This document shows, one piece after another, positions 1-8,428 of a stretch of 64,000 nt of DNA (positions within the stretch are counted from its first letter, which is position 1; every line of letters starts with the position of its first letter). The position numbers and the translations under genes are program-made. The stretch comes from Alphaproteobacteria bacterium (GTDB lineage: Bacteria; Pseudomonadota; Alphaproteobacteria; RF32; CAG-239): the NCBI GenBank assembly GCA_045615365.1, contig JAZLEQ010000018.1, positions 14,350-78,349 of the forward strand, in the 5' to 3' direction. The notes below the pieces were generated by a model that was not told the origin of the DNA, made no database searches, and worked only from the letters and a program-made list of their open reading frames with translations.

Positions 1-585
1 GAAGGGTTTATCAGGAACCCTGATTATGTCCATTCATTTTATAACTACATGAAAAAAGAGCTTCAAATTGCCCGCCCCAACAAGGCACATTTGGCGATTA
101 CAAGGCTTCAAAACGAATACCCTGCAAGCATCAATATAATCACTCAAAACGTTGATATTCTTCATGAAAAGGCCGGCAATCAAAACGTTTTTCATATCCA
201 TGGACAAATTAATCAAGCGGTTTGCTTAAATTGCGGACACATCATTGAAGGCTTTGAAGAAATAACCACTCAAACCATATGCCCGAATTGCAAACATACC
301 AACACCATGAAACCTAATATTGTTTTCTTCGGCGAAAACCTGCTCTGCATGGACGAAGTTGAAACTATGCTGCGCAAATGTGACTTATTCTTGTCAATCG
401 GCACATCCGGAGTTGTATTTCCGGCAGCATCTTTTGTTCAAACAGCCAAATATTATGGTGCCACCACCTACGAATTCAATCTTGAGCCCACTTCCAACAA
501 CTTTTATTTTGATCATCATATAATGGGGCCTTCAGGAACAACACTGCCGGAATTTGTAAATAAATTAATTATGGAACACCAATAG
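1..585 (+). CDS. cobB: NAD-dependent protein deacylase, Sir2 family (5' end cut by window edge)
   Basis: Frame 1 is open from nt 1 (EGFIRNPDYVHSFYNY...). Sirtuin motifs QNVDILHEKAG and HIHG are present, with zinc ribbon CLNCGH...CPNCK. Confidence 0.85.
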   Translation, partial: EGFIRNPDYVHSFYNYMKKELQIARPNKAHLAITRLQNEYPASINIITQNVDILHEKAGNQNVFHIHGQINQAVCLNCGHIIEGFEEITTQTICPNCKHTNTMKPNIVFFGENLLCMDEVETMLRKCDLFLSIGTSGVVFPAASFVQTAKYYGATTYEFNLEPTSNNFYFDHHIMGPSGTTLPEFVNKLIMEHQ

Positions 586-855
586 ATTATTTTAATATTT
601 TCTTTAGTGATTCTATAAATTTTTTCCACCATCCGATATCGTTTTTTTGCTTAATCAAACACAAAAACTCAACTATGCAATTTCCTTTAATATCATCATC
701 TTTAACATCATTTTTCTCAACTGTCATCATCCAACCTTCTAATATTTATGATTATTTACAAAATAAATAATCACAAATACCGTAAATTTAAGCTTTACAT
801 TTAACACTCAGATGTTAAAACCTTCTAAGTTGAACAATATTAAAGAGACACCGGA

Positions 856-2232
856 ATGATAGTTGACCTCACAAAAGGAAATCCGCTAAAAAACATCATA
901 ATATTTGCCATACCTATTTTAATCGGCAATATTTTTCAGCAACTTTTTCAAATATCCGACACTTTGATTGTCGGACGACTTCTCGGTGTAAAATCTTTAG
1001 CAGCAGTAGGAGCTTCAGCCCCCATATTTTTTATGTTTTTAATGGTTGCTTTCGGATTTACGGCAGGACTAACCATAACAACAGCCCAACATTTTGGCGC
1101 AAACGACATAAAAGGCTTAAAGTCATCTGTTTTCCACTCATTCATCGCTTCACTGATACTAACATTCTTAATTTGCATCGGTTTACTCTTAAACTTGCAA
1201 ACTGTTTTACATTATATGGAGGTTCCGACAGAAATATTTGACGAAGCCTACACCTTTATGTTTATTTTAGGACTAAGCATTCCGTTTACGGTAATATACA
1301 ACCTGCTGGCCGCATTCATACGAGCATTGGGCGATTCTAAAACTCCTCTTTATTTTTTGATTTTCACATCAATATTAAATATAATTTTCAATTTCATTTT
1401 TATATACTATTTTAATTGGGGTGTTGCCGGTTCTGCAAGTGGCACCCTCATTTCAATGAGCATAGTCTCTTTCTTATGTTTTATCATCATATATAAAAAA
1501 TTTCCCCTGTTGCAACTAACCCTCAAAGATTGCAAATACAATCATCAAACTATGAAAAAACACTTAAAAATAGCAATTCCCATGGCATTGCACTTTTCCA
1601 TTTTAGCTTTAAGTTTGTTAATCATTCAAAGGTTTTGCAATTCATACGGAACAGACGTTATCGCTGGTTTCACGGCGGCTGTCCGAATAGAACAAATATC
1701 CACCCAACCTTTATTCGCTCTGGGAATAGCATTTGCCACCTACTCTGCCCAAAACTATGGTGCCGGACTGATATGGCGCATACGTAAAGGAGTGCGACAA
1801 GGGATGATGTTTGCGCTGATACTTAGCATAGCAATCACAATTTTTGTTCGTTTGTTTGGCGAAAATTTGGTTTCACTTTTCATCAAAGACGGAAATCCGA
1901 AGATTATCTCCATTGGGGAAGAATATTTAATAATAAGCACATGTTTCTACTTTTTCCTTGCGGCAATTTTCATTATCCGCAACACAATCCAAGGAATGAG
2001 CAACATTGCCTTTCCTTTGGCATCAAGCTTTGTAGAACTCCTATCTCGTATAATATCAGTATATTACCTGACAGAAATGCTAGGCTATGTCGGAATATTT
2101 TGGAGTGCTCCTCTTGCTTGGAGTTGTGGTGCTCTTATAGTTTTTTTCGGATACATAACCATTGTTTTGAAGACAAGAAACAGATACAAAAAAAATCGTT
2201 CACAAAAACAACAGAAACATCAACCGAACTAG
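856..2232 (+). CDS. MATE family efflux transporter
   Basis: 458 aa polytopic membrane protein. N-terminus (NPLKNIIIFAIPILIGNIFQQLFQISDTLIVGRLLG) is typical of MATE/NorM-like proteins. ATG start. Confidence 0.8.
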   Translation: MIVDLTKGNPLKNIIIFAIPILIGNIFQQLFQISDTLIVGRLLGVKSLAAVGASAPIFFMFLMVAFGFTAGLTITTAQHFGANDIKGLKSSVFHSFIASLILTFLICIGLLLNLQTVLHYMEVPTEIFDEAYTFMFILGLSIPFTVIYNLLAAFIRALGDSKTPLYFLIFTSILNIIFNFIFIYYFNWGVAGSASGTLISMSIVSFLCFIIIYKKFPLLQLTLKDCKYNHQTMKKHLKIAIPMALHFSILALSLLIIQRFCNSYGTDVIAGFTAAVRIEQISTQPLFALGIAFATYSAQNYGAGLIWRIRKGVRQGMMFALILSIAITIFVRLFGENLVSLFIKDGNPKIISIGEEYLIISTCFYFFLAAIFIIRNTIQGMSNIAFPLASSFVELLSRIISVYYLTEMLGYVGIFWSAPLAWSCGALIVFFGYITIVLKTRNRYKKNRSQKQQKHQPN

Positions 2233-2246
2233 AGCATTCGTAAACG

Positions 2247-2278
2247 AAAAAGCCATACTTTATAAGAGTATGGCTTTT
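2247..2278. terminator. Bidirectional intrinsic terminator between MATE gene and cspA
   Basis: Perfect 12-bp stem AAAAGCCATACT / AGTATGGCTTTT with a 7-nt loop, flanked by A-run and T-run. Confidence 0.6.
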
Positions 2279-2305
2279 AAGTCAGTTTAATTGAGATAAG
2301 GTAGT

Positions 2306-2515
2306 TTATTCTTCAATCAATTTCAAACTACCGGCAACAGTTTTTTCTCTTTCTGTTTTGAGTTCATAACTGATTTTTGCACCTTCCTGCAAAGTATACA
2401 TACCGGCTTCTTTAACTGCGGTAATATGAACGAAAACATCTGTTTCTCCTTCATCGGGAGTAATAAAACCATAACCTTTTTTCTTGTTAAACCATTTAAC
2501 TGTTCCTGTTGCCAT
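2306..2515 (-). CDS. cspA: Cold-shock protein (CspA family)
   Basis: MATGTVKWFNKKKGYGFITP...DVFVH contains the RNP1/RNP2 cold-shock motifs. Start re-called to the ATG at 2515; the ORF-track N-terminal 22 aa are not CSD-like. Confidence 0.9.
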   Translation of the reverse strand: MATGTVKWFNKKKGYGFITPDEGETDVFVHITAVKEAGMYTLQEGAKISYELKTEREKTVAGSLKLIEE

Positions 2516-2752
2516 CTCGAATATCCTCACTAAAAACAGGTTGACCAAAAGCTTTAATAAAAGCCTGTGATTTTCAATCACATTTTAAAGTCTAATACAC
2601 TATTTTTTTGTTGGCAAGAAAAATATCTTATTTTGTCACTCTTCGTAAAAGAAAACTCTTCACAATAACAAAAACTGTGTTATATTGCTTTTCGCAAACC
2701 TGCACCAATGGGGGTGCGGGTATTTCATTACGTTATGAAAAGGAATAAATAA

Positions 2753-4270
2753 ATGACTATTAAAAAACTAAGAAAAGACAACTATCCCGAATGGTATCAG
2801 TGCGTTGTAGCCGAATCAGACATGGCCGAAAATTCATCTTCTCCCGGATGTATGGTAATCAAACCATGGGGATATGGAATTTGGGAACGCATACGCGATG
2901 TTTTTGACGAACAAATAAAAGCAGCAGATCATGAAAATTGCTATTTCCCAATGTTTATTCCTCTTTCATTTTTTCAAAAAGAAGCCGATCATGTTGAAGG
3001 TTTTGCCAAAGAAATGGCCGTTGTTACTCATTCTCGTCTAACAAATGAAAACGGCAAACTCAAACCTTCGTCAGAATTAGAAGAACCTTTAATTGTTCGC
3101 CCCACATCAGAAACAATCATTGCCGATTCTTTCTCTAAGTGGATTAAATCATATCGTGATTTACCGGTATTAATTAATCAATGGGCCAATGTTGTTCGTT
3201 GGGAAATGCGCCCTCGCCTGTTTTTGCGCACCCGTGAATTTTTGTGGCAAGAAGGTCATACCGCTCACTCAACATCTAAAGAAGCTGAAGAAGAAACAAA
3301 ATGGGCTTTGGAAGAATACCGCAAACTCAGCGAAGAAACTCTTGCTATGCCTGTTTTAGTAGGCCGCAAACCTGAACACGAAAAGTTTCCCGGCGCCATT
3401 GACACATTTTGCATTGAAGCAATGATGCAAGACGGCAAAGCGCTTCAAGCCGGAACATCTCATTTTCTTGGTCAAAATTTTGCCAAATCGGCCAACATTT
3501 CTTTTGTAAACAAAAACAATCAACAAGAATACGCCTACACAACTTCATGGGGTGTATCCACTCGTTTGATTGGCGGTTTGATTATGACTCACTCCGATGA
3601 TGAAGGTATGGTCACCCCTCCCAAAATTGCACCGCATCAAATTATAATCATTCCTGTAATTAAAAACGATGCCGACACTGAAACAGTCATGGCATACATC
3701 AAACAACTCCAGGCCGATTTGCAAAAGCAAATGCCTTTCGGTGAAAAAATTCGTGTTAAACTTGACAAACGCGATAAATCTTCGGTTGATAAGTTCTGGG
3801 AATGGACCCGCAAAGGCGCTCCCGTAATTTTAGAAGTCGGCAAACGCGATGCTGATGGCAACAACCTCATGGTTAAAACTCGCATTCATATCAACACCGA
3901 AAGAGGAAAACAAATCATTGCCAGAGATGAATTTGTAAACAATGCAGGCAAATATCTTGAAGAAATTCAAGCCGAAATGTTTACTCGCGCCAAATCTCGT
4001 TTAGACAACAATATCAGAACCGACATCACTACCAAAGAAGCTTTTGCAGAATATTTTGCCAATTCAAACGAATGGATTGAAGACGGCAAACAAGGCAAAG
4101 TTGCTTTTGTTCGCGGCAAATGGTGTGCAGATCCGGAAACTGAAGAAATCTTAAAGTCGATGAAAATAACCATCCGTTGCATTCCTTTTGATCAAACAAA
4201 TACAGAAGGTGAATGCTTGCTTACAGGCAGAAAAGCAACTATGGATGTTATTTACGCACGAAGCTACTAA
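2753..4270 (+). CDS. proS: Prolyl-tRNA synthetase, archaeal/eukaryote-like type
   Basis: 505 aa class II aaRS with N-terminus ...NYPEWYQCVVAESDMAE...PGCMVIKPWGYGIWE. No bacterial-type editing-domain insertion. Ends in the C-terminal Tyr (ARSY) that I recall as typical of this ProRS type. Confidence 0.92.
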   Translation: MTIKKLRKDNYPEWYQCVVAESDMAENSSSPGCMVIKPWGYGIWERIRDVFDEQIKAADHENCYFPMFIPLSFFQKEADHVEGFAKEMAVVTHSRLTNENGKLKPSSELEEPLIVRPTSETIIADSFSKWIKSYRDLPVLINQWANVVRWEMRPRLFLRTREFLWQEGHTAHSTSKEAEEETKWALEEYRKLSEETLAMPVLVGRKPEHEKFPGAIDTFCIEAMMQDGKALQAGTSHFLGQNFAKSANISFVNKNNQQEYAYTTSWGVSTRLIGGLIMTHSDDEGMVTPPKIAPHQIIIIPVIKNDADTETVMAYIKQLQADLQKQMPFGEKIRVKLDKRDKSSVDKFWEWTRKGAPVILEVGKRDADGNNLMVKTRIHINTERGKQIIARDEFVNNAGKYLEEIQAEMFTRAKSRLDNNIRTDITTKEAFAEYFANSNEWIEDGKQGKVAFVRGKWCADPETEEILKSMKITIRCIPFDQTNTEGECLLTGRKATMDVIYARSY

Positions 4271-4282
4271 TTTAACTTTATC

Positions 4283-4316
4283 AAAAGAGCCTTTCTTTTT
4301 GAAAGGCTCTTTTTTT
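4283..4316. terminator. Bidirectional intrinsic terminator between proS and flagellin-family gene 1
   Basis: Stem AAAAGAGCCTTTC / GAAAGGCTCTTTT, loop TTTTT, followed by a T-run. Confidence 0.65.
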
Positions 4317-4332
4317 ATCTCTTATTCAAAAA

Positions 4333-6234
4333 CTAAAACAAACTCAACACGTTCTGCGCTGATTGCGCGGCAAGAGAAAGTGAATTTGTTGCAAGTTGCC
4401 CTCTTGTTTGCAACATCAAATACTCAGCCGAAACTTCGTTCATATCTGCTAAGATTAAATCATCCGCACCTGTTTCCAGAACATCACACAACGCTTCTGT
4501 AAATTTCTGACGCGTTTGAATAATTGAATAGTTGTTGCCCAATTCCGTTTGGAAATTTTGTATTTCGTTTAAGGCTTCTTTTAACCTATCAGATGTTTTT
4601 TCTAAATCATCCAAATTTTCCCATTTTGGAGTTTTCAATATTACTTCACTTAAATTTTTCCCTTTAATAACAAAAACATTTGAGCGACTTTCATTTAAAA
4701 CAATTCTTTCATCTGCGCCTAACAACAAATTTATTCCCATATAATTACTATCGCTTAAAATTTTGTAATATTCATTTATTATATCTGAATAACGACTATG
4801 ACAATTTTCAATTTTTTCTAATTCAATAGAATATTCTATTTCCTCATAATAATATTTATCATATTCAGGCGACATATTTTGATTTTCGTTAAAATTGGCT
4901 GATTTAATATAATCTATAGCATTTTTTAGTTTTTCTTTTTCTTCGTCGCTTGCAACATCTTCCGTAAATTGATTGCTTAAATTGTAACTATTATTTGGAT
5001 TAGCCCCACCTTTAATCATTATATCTTCCGCATCGTTTTTAGCTATATATTTAGCTGAATTAATTATGATTTCAGCTCCTTTAACCACGCTAATACGACT
5101 ATCTCCGTTTACTCCGTCTGATCCATAAAAAGGCTTTGAATTATTCAAAAATATTTTTGCTTGATCTGATTTGAGACAAACAGATCCATGTGATGTTATA
5201 ATAGCTCTCGTGCAATTTGGCTGTTCGGAATAAAGCTCACTTGTTCCATATAAATTCATTTCACCTAAAGTTCCCATTATAGAGAAACAATTTGATGTTC
5301 CGGTAAGATAAATACTAAGTTTTGCATCATATAAATTAATCTGACTGTTTTCCGTATAACTAACACCATAATTTCGAGCATTTCCGGTCGTTTTTATATT
5401 TAATTCTCCAAACACATCAGCTATTGCATCATTCTTCAAGAAAACTGCAGCAGTAGCAACACTTTTTGTTCCTGTAGTACAGAAATTTATATTAATATTT
5501 TGTAAAACCACTTTTGTTTTTCCATCTATATTAACAGCAGCATTACCGGCAACACTTTTAACACTCACATCCAAATCTAGCCACCCTATTTGCGAATTAT
5601 TTCCTGCACATATACCAAAATTAACATCATCAAATGTTAATTTTGAATATTGATATAAATTTCCAACTTTATATTTTTCAACCCCAACCAAGTTTTGATC
5701 GTCATTAAGCACTATCGAATTTGCTCCCATATTAATATCACCAAGCACTATGATATTACCGGATTTTTTACTGTTTACGGCATCGAGCAAATCTTCAGCA
5801 TTTGTAACAACTGAAGATATTGTTTCTCCATTTCTGTTTGTAAAGAAGAAAACCCCCTCTTGATTTTCAAGATATTGCTTATTTTTTATACCTTCTTTAG
5901 TTACCGTTTTGGGAACATAGTTTTTCAATAAAACATTCGCTTCTTGTAAAACAGTATCAGCCTGATTAATAACTGAGGTGGCATTTATCAAACCTTGCGT
6001 AGCCGCTTGGATTGTTTGAATTCCTTGTCCCATAGCATCAAGCAGATTATTCAAGTCGGCAGCTCGATTCGTCAGCGAACGAGCCTGATAATAGCTTGAG
6101 GCATTATCAATCGCTGAGTTTACTTTTTGGCCGGTTGAAAGAATATTTTGTGTTTTCCCCATCTGCAATGCTATTGTTTTAAGCGATTGCAAATTGCTTC
6201 TCATGGAGGATGTTAAGCTGATGCTTTTTAACAT
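4333..6234 (-). CDS. Flagellin-family protein with large Cys-containing central insert (paralog 1)
   Basis: N-terminus MLKSISLTSSMRSNLQSLKTIALQMGKTQNILSTGQKVNSAIDNASSYYQARSLTNRAADLNNLL. C-terminus ELGNNYSIIQTRQKFTEAL...LADMNEVSAEYLMLQTRGQLATNSLSLAAQSAQNVLSLF. These match flagellin D0/D1 helices of the alphaproteobacterial long-flagellin (DUF1522-like) type as I recall it. Start re-called from TTG 6240 to ATG 6234: GGAGG sits 6 nt upstream and the N-terminus then aligns residue-for-residue with paralog 2. Confidence 0.75.
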   Translation of the reverse strand: MLKSISLTSSMRSNLQSLKTIALQMGKTQNILSTGQKVNSAIDNASSYYQARSLTNRAADLNNLLDAMGQGIQTIQAATQGLINATSVINQADTVLQEANVLLKNYVPKTVTKEGIKNKQYLENQEGVFFFTNRNGETISSVVTNAEDLLDAVNSKKSGNIIVLGDINMGANSIVLNDDQNLVGVEKYKVGNLYQYSKLTFDDVNFGICAGNNSQIGWLDLDVSVKSVAGNAAVNIDGKTKVVLQNININFCTTGTKSVATAAVFLKNDAIADVFGELNIKTTGNARNYGVSYTENSQINLYDAKLSIYLTGTSNCFSIMGTLGEMNLYGTSELYSEQPNCTRAIITSHGSVCLKSDQAKIFLNNSKPFYGSDGVNGDSRISVVKGAEIIINSAKYIAKNDAEDIMIKGGANPNNSYNLSNQFTEDVASDEEKEKLKNAIDYIKSANFNENQNMSPEYDKYYYEEIEYSIELEKIENCHSRYSDIINEYYKILSDSNYMGINLLLGADERIVLNESRSNVFVIKGKNLSEVILKTPKWENLDDLEKTSDRLKEALNEIQNFQTELGNNYSIIQTRQKFTEALCDVLETGADDLILADMNEVSAEYLMLQTRGQLATNSLSLAAQSAQNVLSLF

Positions 6235-6413
6235 AGCCAACCTCCAAGCGATTTAATGTCATGCATTGAGTGAGCATAAGCGAACGAAATCAGGCATCTT
6301 CGAATTAGTTTTAAGCACATCGAAGATAGCTTATCGGCAGAAAGAATGCCTTCTGTAGAACGATGACATATTATTAAATTCAGCGAATATCGGCGCAAAC
6401 CCTTAGAAATGTA

Positions 6414-6422
6414 GGGGGGGGG
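6414..6422. repeat. G9 (C9 on coding strand) homopolymer tract in the flagellin-1 upstream region
   Basis: Read directly: gtaGGGGGGGGGtaaaac. It is the longest G/C homopolymer I noticed in this AT-rich window. Confidence 0.9.
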
Positions 6423-6441
6423 TAAAACGATTCGCGTTTTA

Positions 6442-6550
6442 TTCAGATACAACAAAACCCTTTGTATAATCATATACAAAGAGGCCAAACTCCACCTCCA
6501 TGGCGGACTATGTCTCACTACTTGAAACAACTTCTGCTGTATCCTTCTTT
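6442..6550 (-). promoter_or_regulatory. Conserved structured 5' leader element, copy 1 (upstream of flagellin-family gene 1)
   Basis: About 108 nt alignable with 56592-56698. Flanks are identical (ttcagatacaacaaaaccctt ... cactacttgaaacaacttctg.tgtatccttcttt). Two internal hairpins differ in sequence but keep their pairing. No ATG-initiated ORF. Confidence 0.55.
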
Positions 6551-6551
6551 A

Positions 6552-6565
6552 TTTAAGTACTTAAA
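6552..6565. promoter_or_regulatory. Perfect 14-nt palindrome TTTAAGTACTTAAA just upstream of leader copy 1 (candidate operator)
   Basis: Self-complementary sequence read directly. A related imperfect dyad lies at the equivalent position of copy 2 (56702-56715). Confidence 0.3.
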
Positions 6566-6600
6566 ATAATGTGGATAGCTACTTCCACACTTGCATTATC

Positions 6601-6630
6601 AAATTTAAAGCGTTTAAAAATAATTAAAAA
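6601..6630 (-). promoter_or_regulatory. Conserved AT-rich block upstream of flagellin-1 leader (candidate promoter/UP region)
   Basis: aaatttaaagcgtttaaaaataattaaaaa versus catttaaagtgtttaaaaacaattaaaaaa at 56751-56780. It partly overlaps the U-tract of the upstream gene's terminator in both copies. Confidence 0.35.
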
Positions 6631-6660
6631 GCCTCCCTTTAGAAGAAAAGAGAGACTTTT
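6626..6660 (-). terminator. Intrinsic terminator after the catalytic hydrogenase gene
   Basis: On the minus strand AGUCUCUCU...AGGGAGGCU forms 9 bp including G-U pairs, followed by a U-run. The G-U pairs make it strand-specific. Confidence 0.55.
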
Positions 6661-6684
6661 AATTTCAAGCAGACTTATATAAAA

Positions 6685-8133
6685 TTATAAATCTTTTTGG
6701 TTTTTGCCTTGCTCAACATAAGCTTCAACCTGACGGGTTGCTTTCTTAGCCAAAGCCATACATCCCGGCCCTGCAATACAACCGCCTTCGCAACACATAA
6801 CTTCAATCATGTTGTTTTCACAACCTTTTGTAGCATAGCGTTTAAGAAGCTTAATATTTTCTTTGCTTAACCCGTCAATTCTTTCAGGTCTGAATTCTGC
6901 TTTACCTTCAACCATGTTTGCAACTGCACCGGCAACTCCGCCCGATAACGGATATTTTCTTGCCTGAGCAGAAGAAATTTTTGCAAATTCCATAGGTTCG
7001 CAATCTCCAATCTCGATTCCTGCCCCCACAAACATTGCCCCCACTTCTTCAAATGTTAAAACATAGTCAACATTCGGATCATATTCAGCTTCTGTTCTCT
7101 TGGCCAAACACGGACCGACAAACACAGAAATACAATCAGGCATTTCTTTTTTCAACATTTCTGCCGTATAATACATCGGGGTTTTAGTATGCGAAACATA
7201 TGGTTGAATTTCCGGAATATGAACTTGAGCAGCTCTGAAATAAGCCGGACAACAAGAAGTTGTCATAAACTTGGCTCCTTCTTCCATTCTTTCAATAAAT
7301 TCAGCCGATTCGTTTGCCGAAGTAATGTCTGCCCCTGCAGCAACTTCAACCACATCGGCAAATCCGAGTTTTTTCAAAGCACCGGCAACTTGGTTTAATT
7401 CAAACGGAAACTGACCGACAACCGCCGGAGCCAACATTGCCACAACTTTTTTATCTGTATTGCGAATCAAATTCAAAACATCAACCAATTGTGAACGTTC
7501 AACAATTGCCCCAAACGGACAAGATTGCAAACACTTACCGCAAGAAATACATGTTTCTTCATCAATATGCTCAACACCATGTTCGTCTTTTTTAATAGCT
7601 CCGACCGGACAAGCCTCTTCACAAGGAACCGGTAATTTCACAATTGCATGATACGGACAAACCTCCATACACTTACCGCAAGAAACACACATATCAGGAT
7701 CAATATGTGACTTTCCGTTTACAAATGAAATTGCTTGTTTCGGACAGTTCATAACGCACGGACGAGCAAAACACCCCCTACACGCATCGGTAACCATATA
7801 TTGTGACTTAACACAAGCCGAACAAGCAATATCAATCACCGATAAACAACTTTTTGCATGATTTTGGCGTTTCAAAGCCTCTTTTCCGTAATCACGCAAA
7901 GATGTAGCCTCATTAGTTTCTTCCTGTGGAGTAACACCCATTGCTGCCATTAAACGATATTTCAAAACCGCCCTGTCTTTATAAATACAACAACGGCTTG
8001 AATCATAATCTTTTGGGCGCATTTCTATTGGAATTTCATCTGCAGTTTCAAATCTGTCTTTAAAAAAGCTTTCAACAACCTTAACCAAAATTCTGGTGCG
8101 CATTTGGTTGGCATAATTCTTAGGTATTAACAA
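6685..8133 (-). CDS. hydA: [FeFe]-hydrogenase, catalytic type (group B-like, multiple 4Fe-4S domains)
   Basis: H-cluster motifs are intact: L1 MTTSCCPAYF, L2 VGPCLAKRTEAE, L3 EVMCCEGGCIAGPG. There are several CxxCxxCxxxCP ferredoxin motifs. N-terminus ...RCCIYKDRAVLKYR resembles group B1/B3 enzymes as I recall them. The track start is TTG at 8133, overlapping the upstream stop; an alternative ATG lies at 8103. Confidence 0.85.
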   Translation of the reverse strand: MLIPKNYANQMRTRILVKVVESFFKDRFETADEIPIEMRPKDYDSSRCCIYKDRAVLKYRLMAAMGVTPQEETNEATSLRDYGKEALKRQNHAKSCLSVIDIACSACVKSQYMVTDACRGCFARPCVMNCPKQAISFVNGKSHIDPDMCVSCGKCMEVCPYHAIVKLPVPCEEACPVGAIKKDEHGVEHIDEETCISCGKCLQSCPFGAIVERSQLVDVLNLIRNTDKKVVAMLAPAVVGQFPFELNQVAGALKKLGFADVVEVAAGADITSANESAEFIERMEEGAKFMTTSCCPAYFRAAQVHIPEIQPYVSHTKTPMYYTAEMLKKEMPDCISVFVGPCLAKRTEAEYDPNVDYVLTFEEVGAMFVGAGIEIGDCEPMEFAKISSAQARKYPLSGGVAGAVANMVEGKAEFRPERIDGLSKENIKLLKRYATKGCENNMIEVMCCEGGCIAGPGCMALAKKATRQVEAYVEQGKNQKDL

Positions 8134-8405
8134 TTCTCTTCTTCCTCTTTAGCAATAAGTTCTCTGATTTTGGCAATAACTTTTTCCATTGTTGCTTCAA
8201 CAATAAGCTCGCCGTTAACTTCAACAAAAGGACCCTTGTTATATCCCTGTCCTTTGTTGTTGCAGTGATTCATACATCTGACCTCAACAATTTCAATTCT
8301 ATCGGCTAAATCTTCCGGTGCAGAAAATTCCAAGGCCTGAATTTGTGGAGCCCCCATTACAAAACAAGCGGTTCCTGCACAAATTTTTACTTCAATTTTT
8401 TTCAT
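8127..8405 (-). CDS. Thioredoxin-like [2Fe-2S] ferredoxin (NuoE/HydC-like small protein)
   Basis: 92 aa with Cys pattern CAGTAC ... CMNHC (Cx4C...Cx3C). ATG start. Stop overlaps the hydA start. Confidence 0.7.
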   Translation of the reverse strand: MKKIEVKICAGTACFVMGAPQIQALEFSAPEDLADRIEIVEVRCMNHCNNKGQGYNKGPFVEVNGELIVEATMEKVIAKIRELIAKEEEENC

Positions 8406-8428
8406 CTTTAATTTCCTTATAAAAAAAC

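Noticed and set aside
586-855. 270-nt intergenic region with a 31-codon ORF (MQFPLISSSLTSFFSTVIIQPSNIYDYLQNK)
   Set aside because: There is no SD, the composition is low-complexity, and no structure or repeat was evident. I treat it as the promoter region of the MATE gene.
2699-2752. Hairpin CCTGCACC-AATGGG-GGTGCGGG plus a 14-codon uORF ending at the proS ATG, considered as a proline-responsive attenuator
   Set aside because: The uORF (MGVRVFHYVMKRNK) has no Pro codons. The hairpin is followed by only a weak T-tract. There are no T-box features (no specifier loop or T-box sequence).
6361-6392. dif-like XerC/D site (gatgacatattattaaattcagcgaatat resembles ...CATAATGTATATTATGTTAAAT)
   Set aside because: Only the ATATTAT..TAAAT part matches. 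Neither 11-nt arm is conserved and the 6-nt spacer geometry does not fit.
6228-6530. 100-aa minus-strand ORF covering the flagellin-1 upstream region
   Set aside because: It spans the conserved non-coding leader and the C9 tract (giving PPP). It has no SD and no counterpart in the copy-2 leader, which lacks any ATG. It is most likely a chance ORF in a regulatory region.
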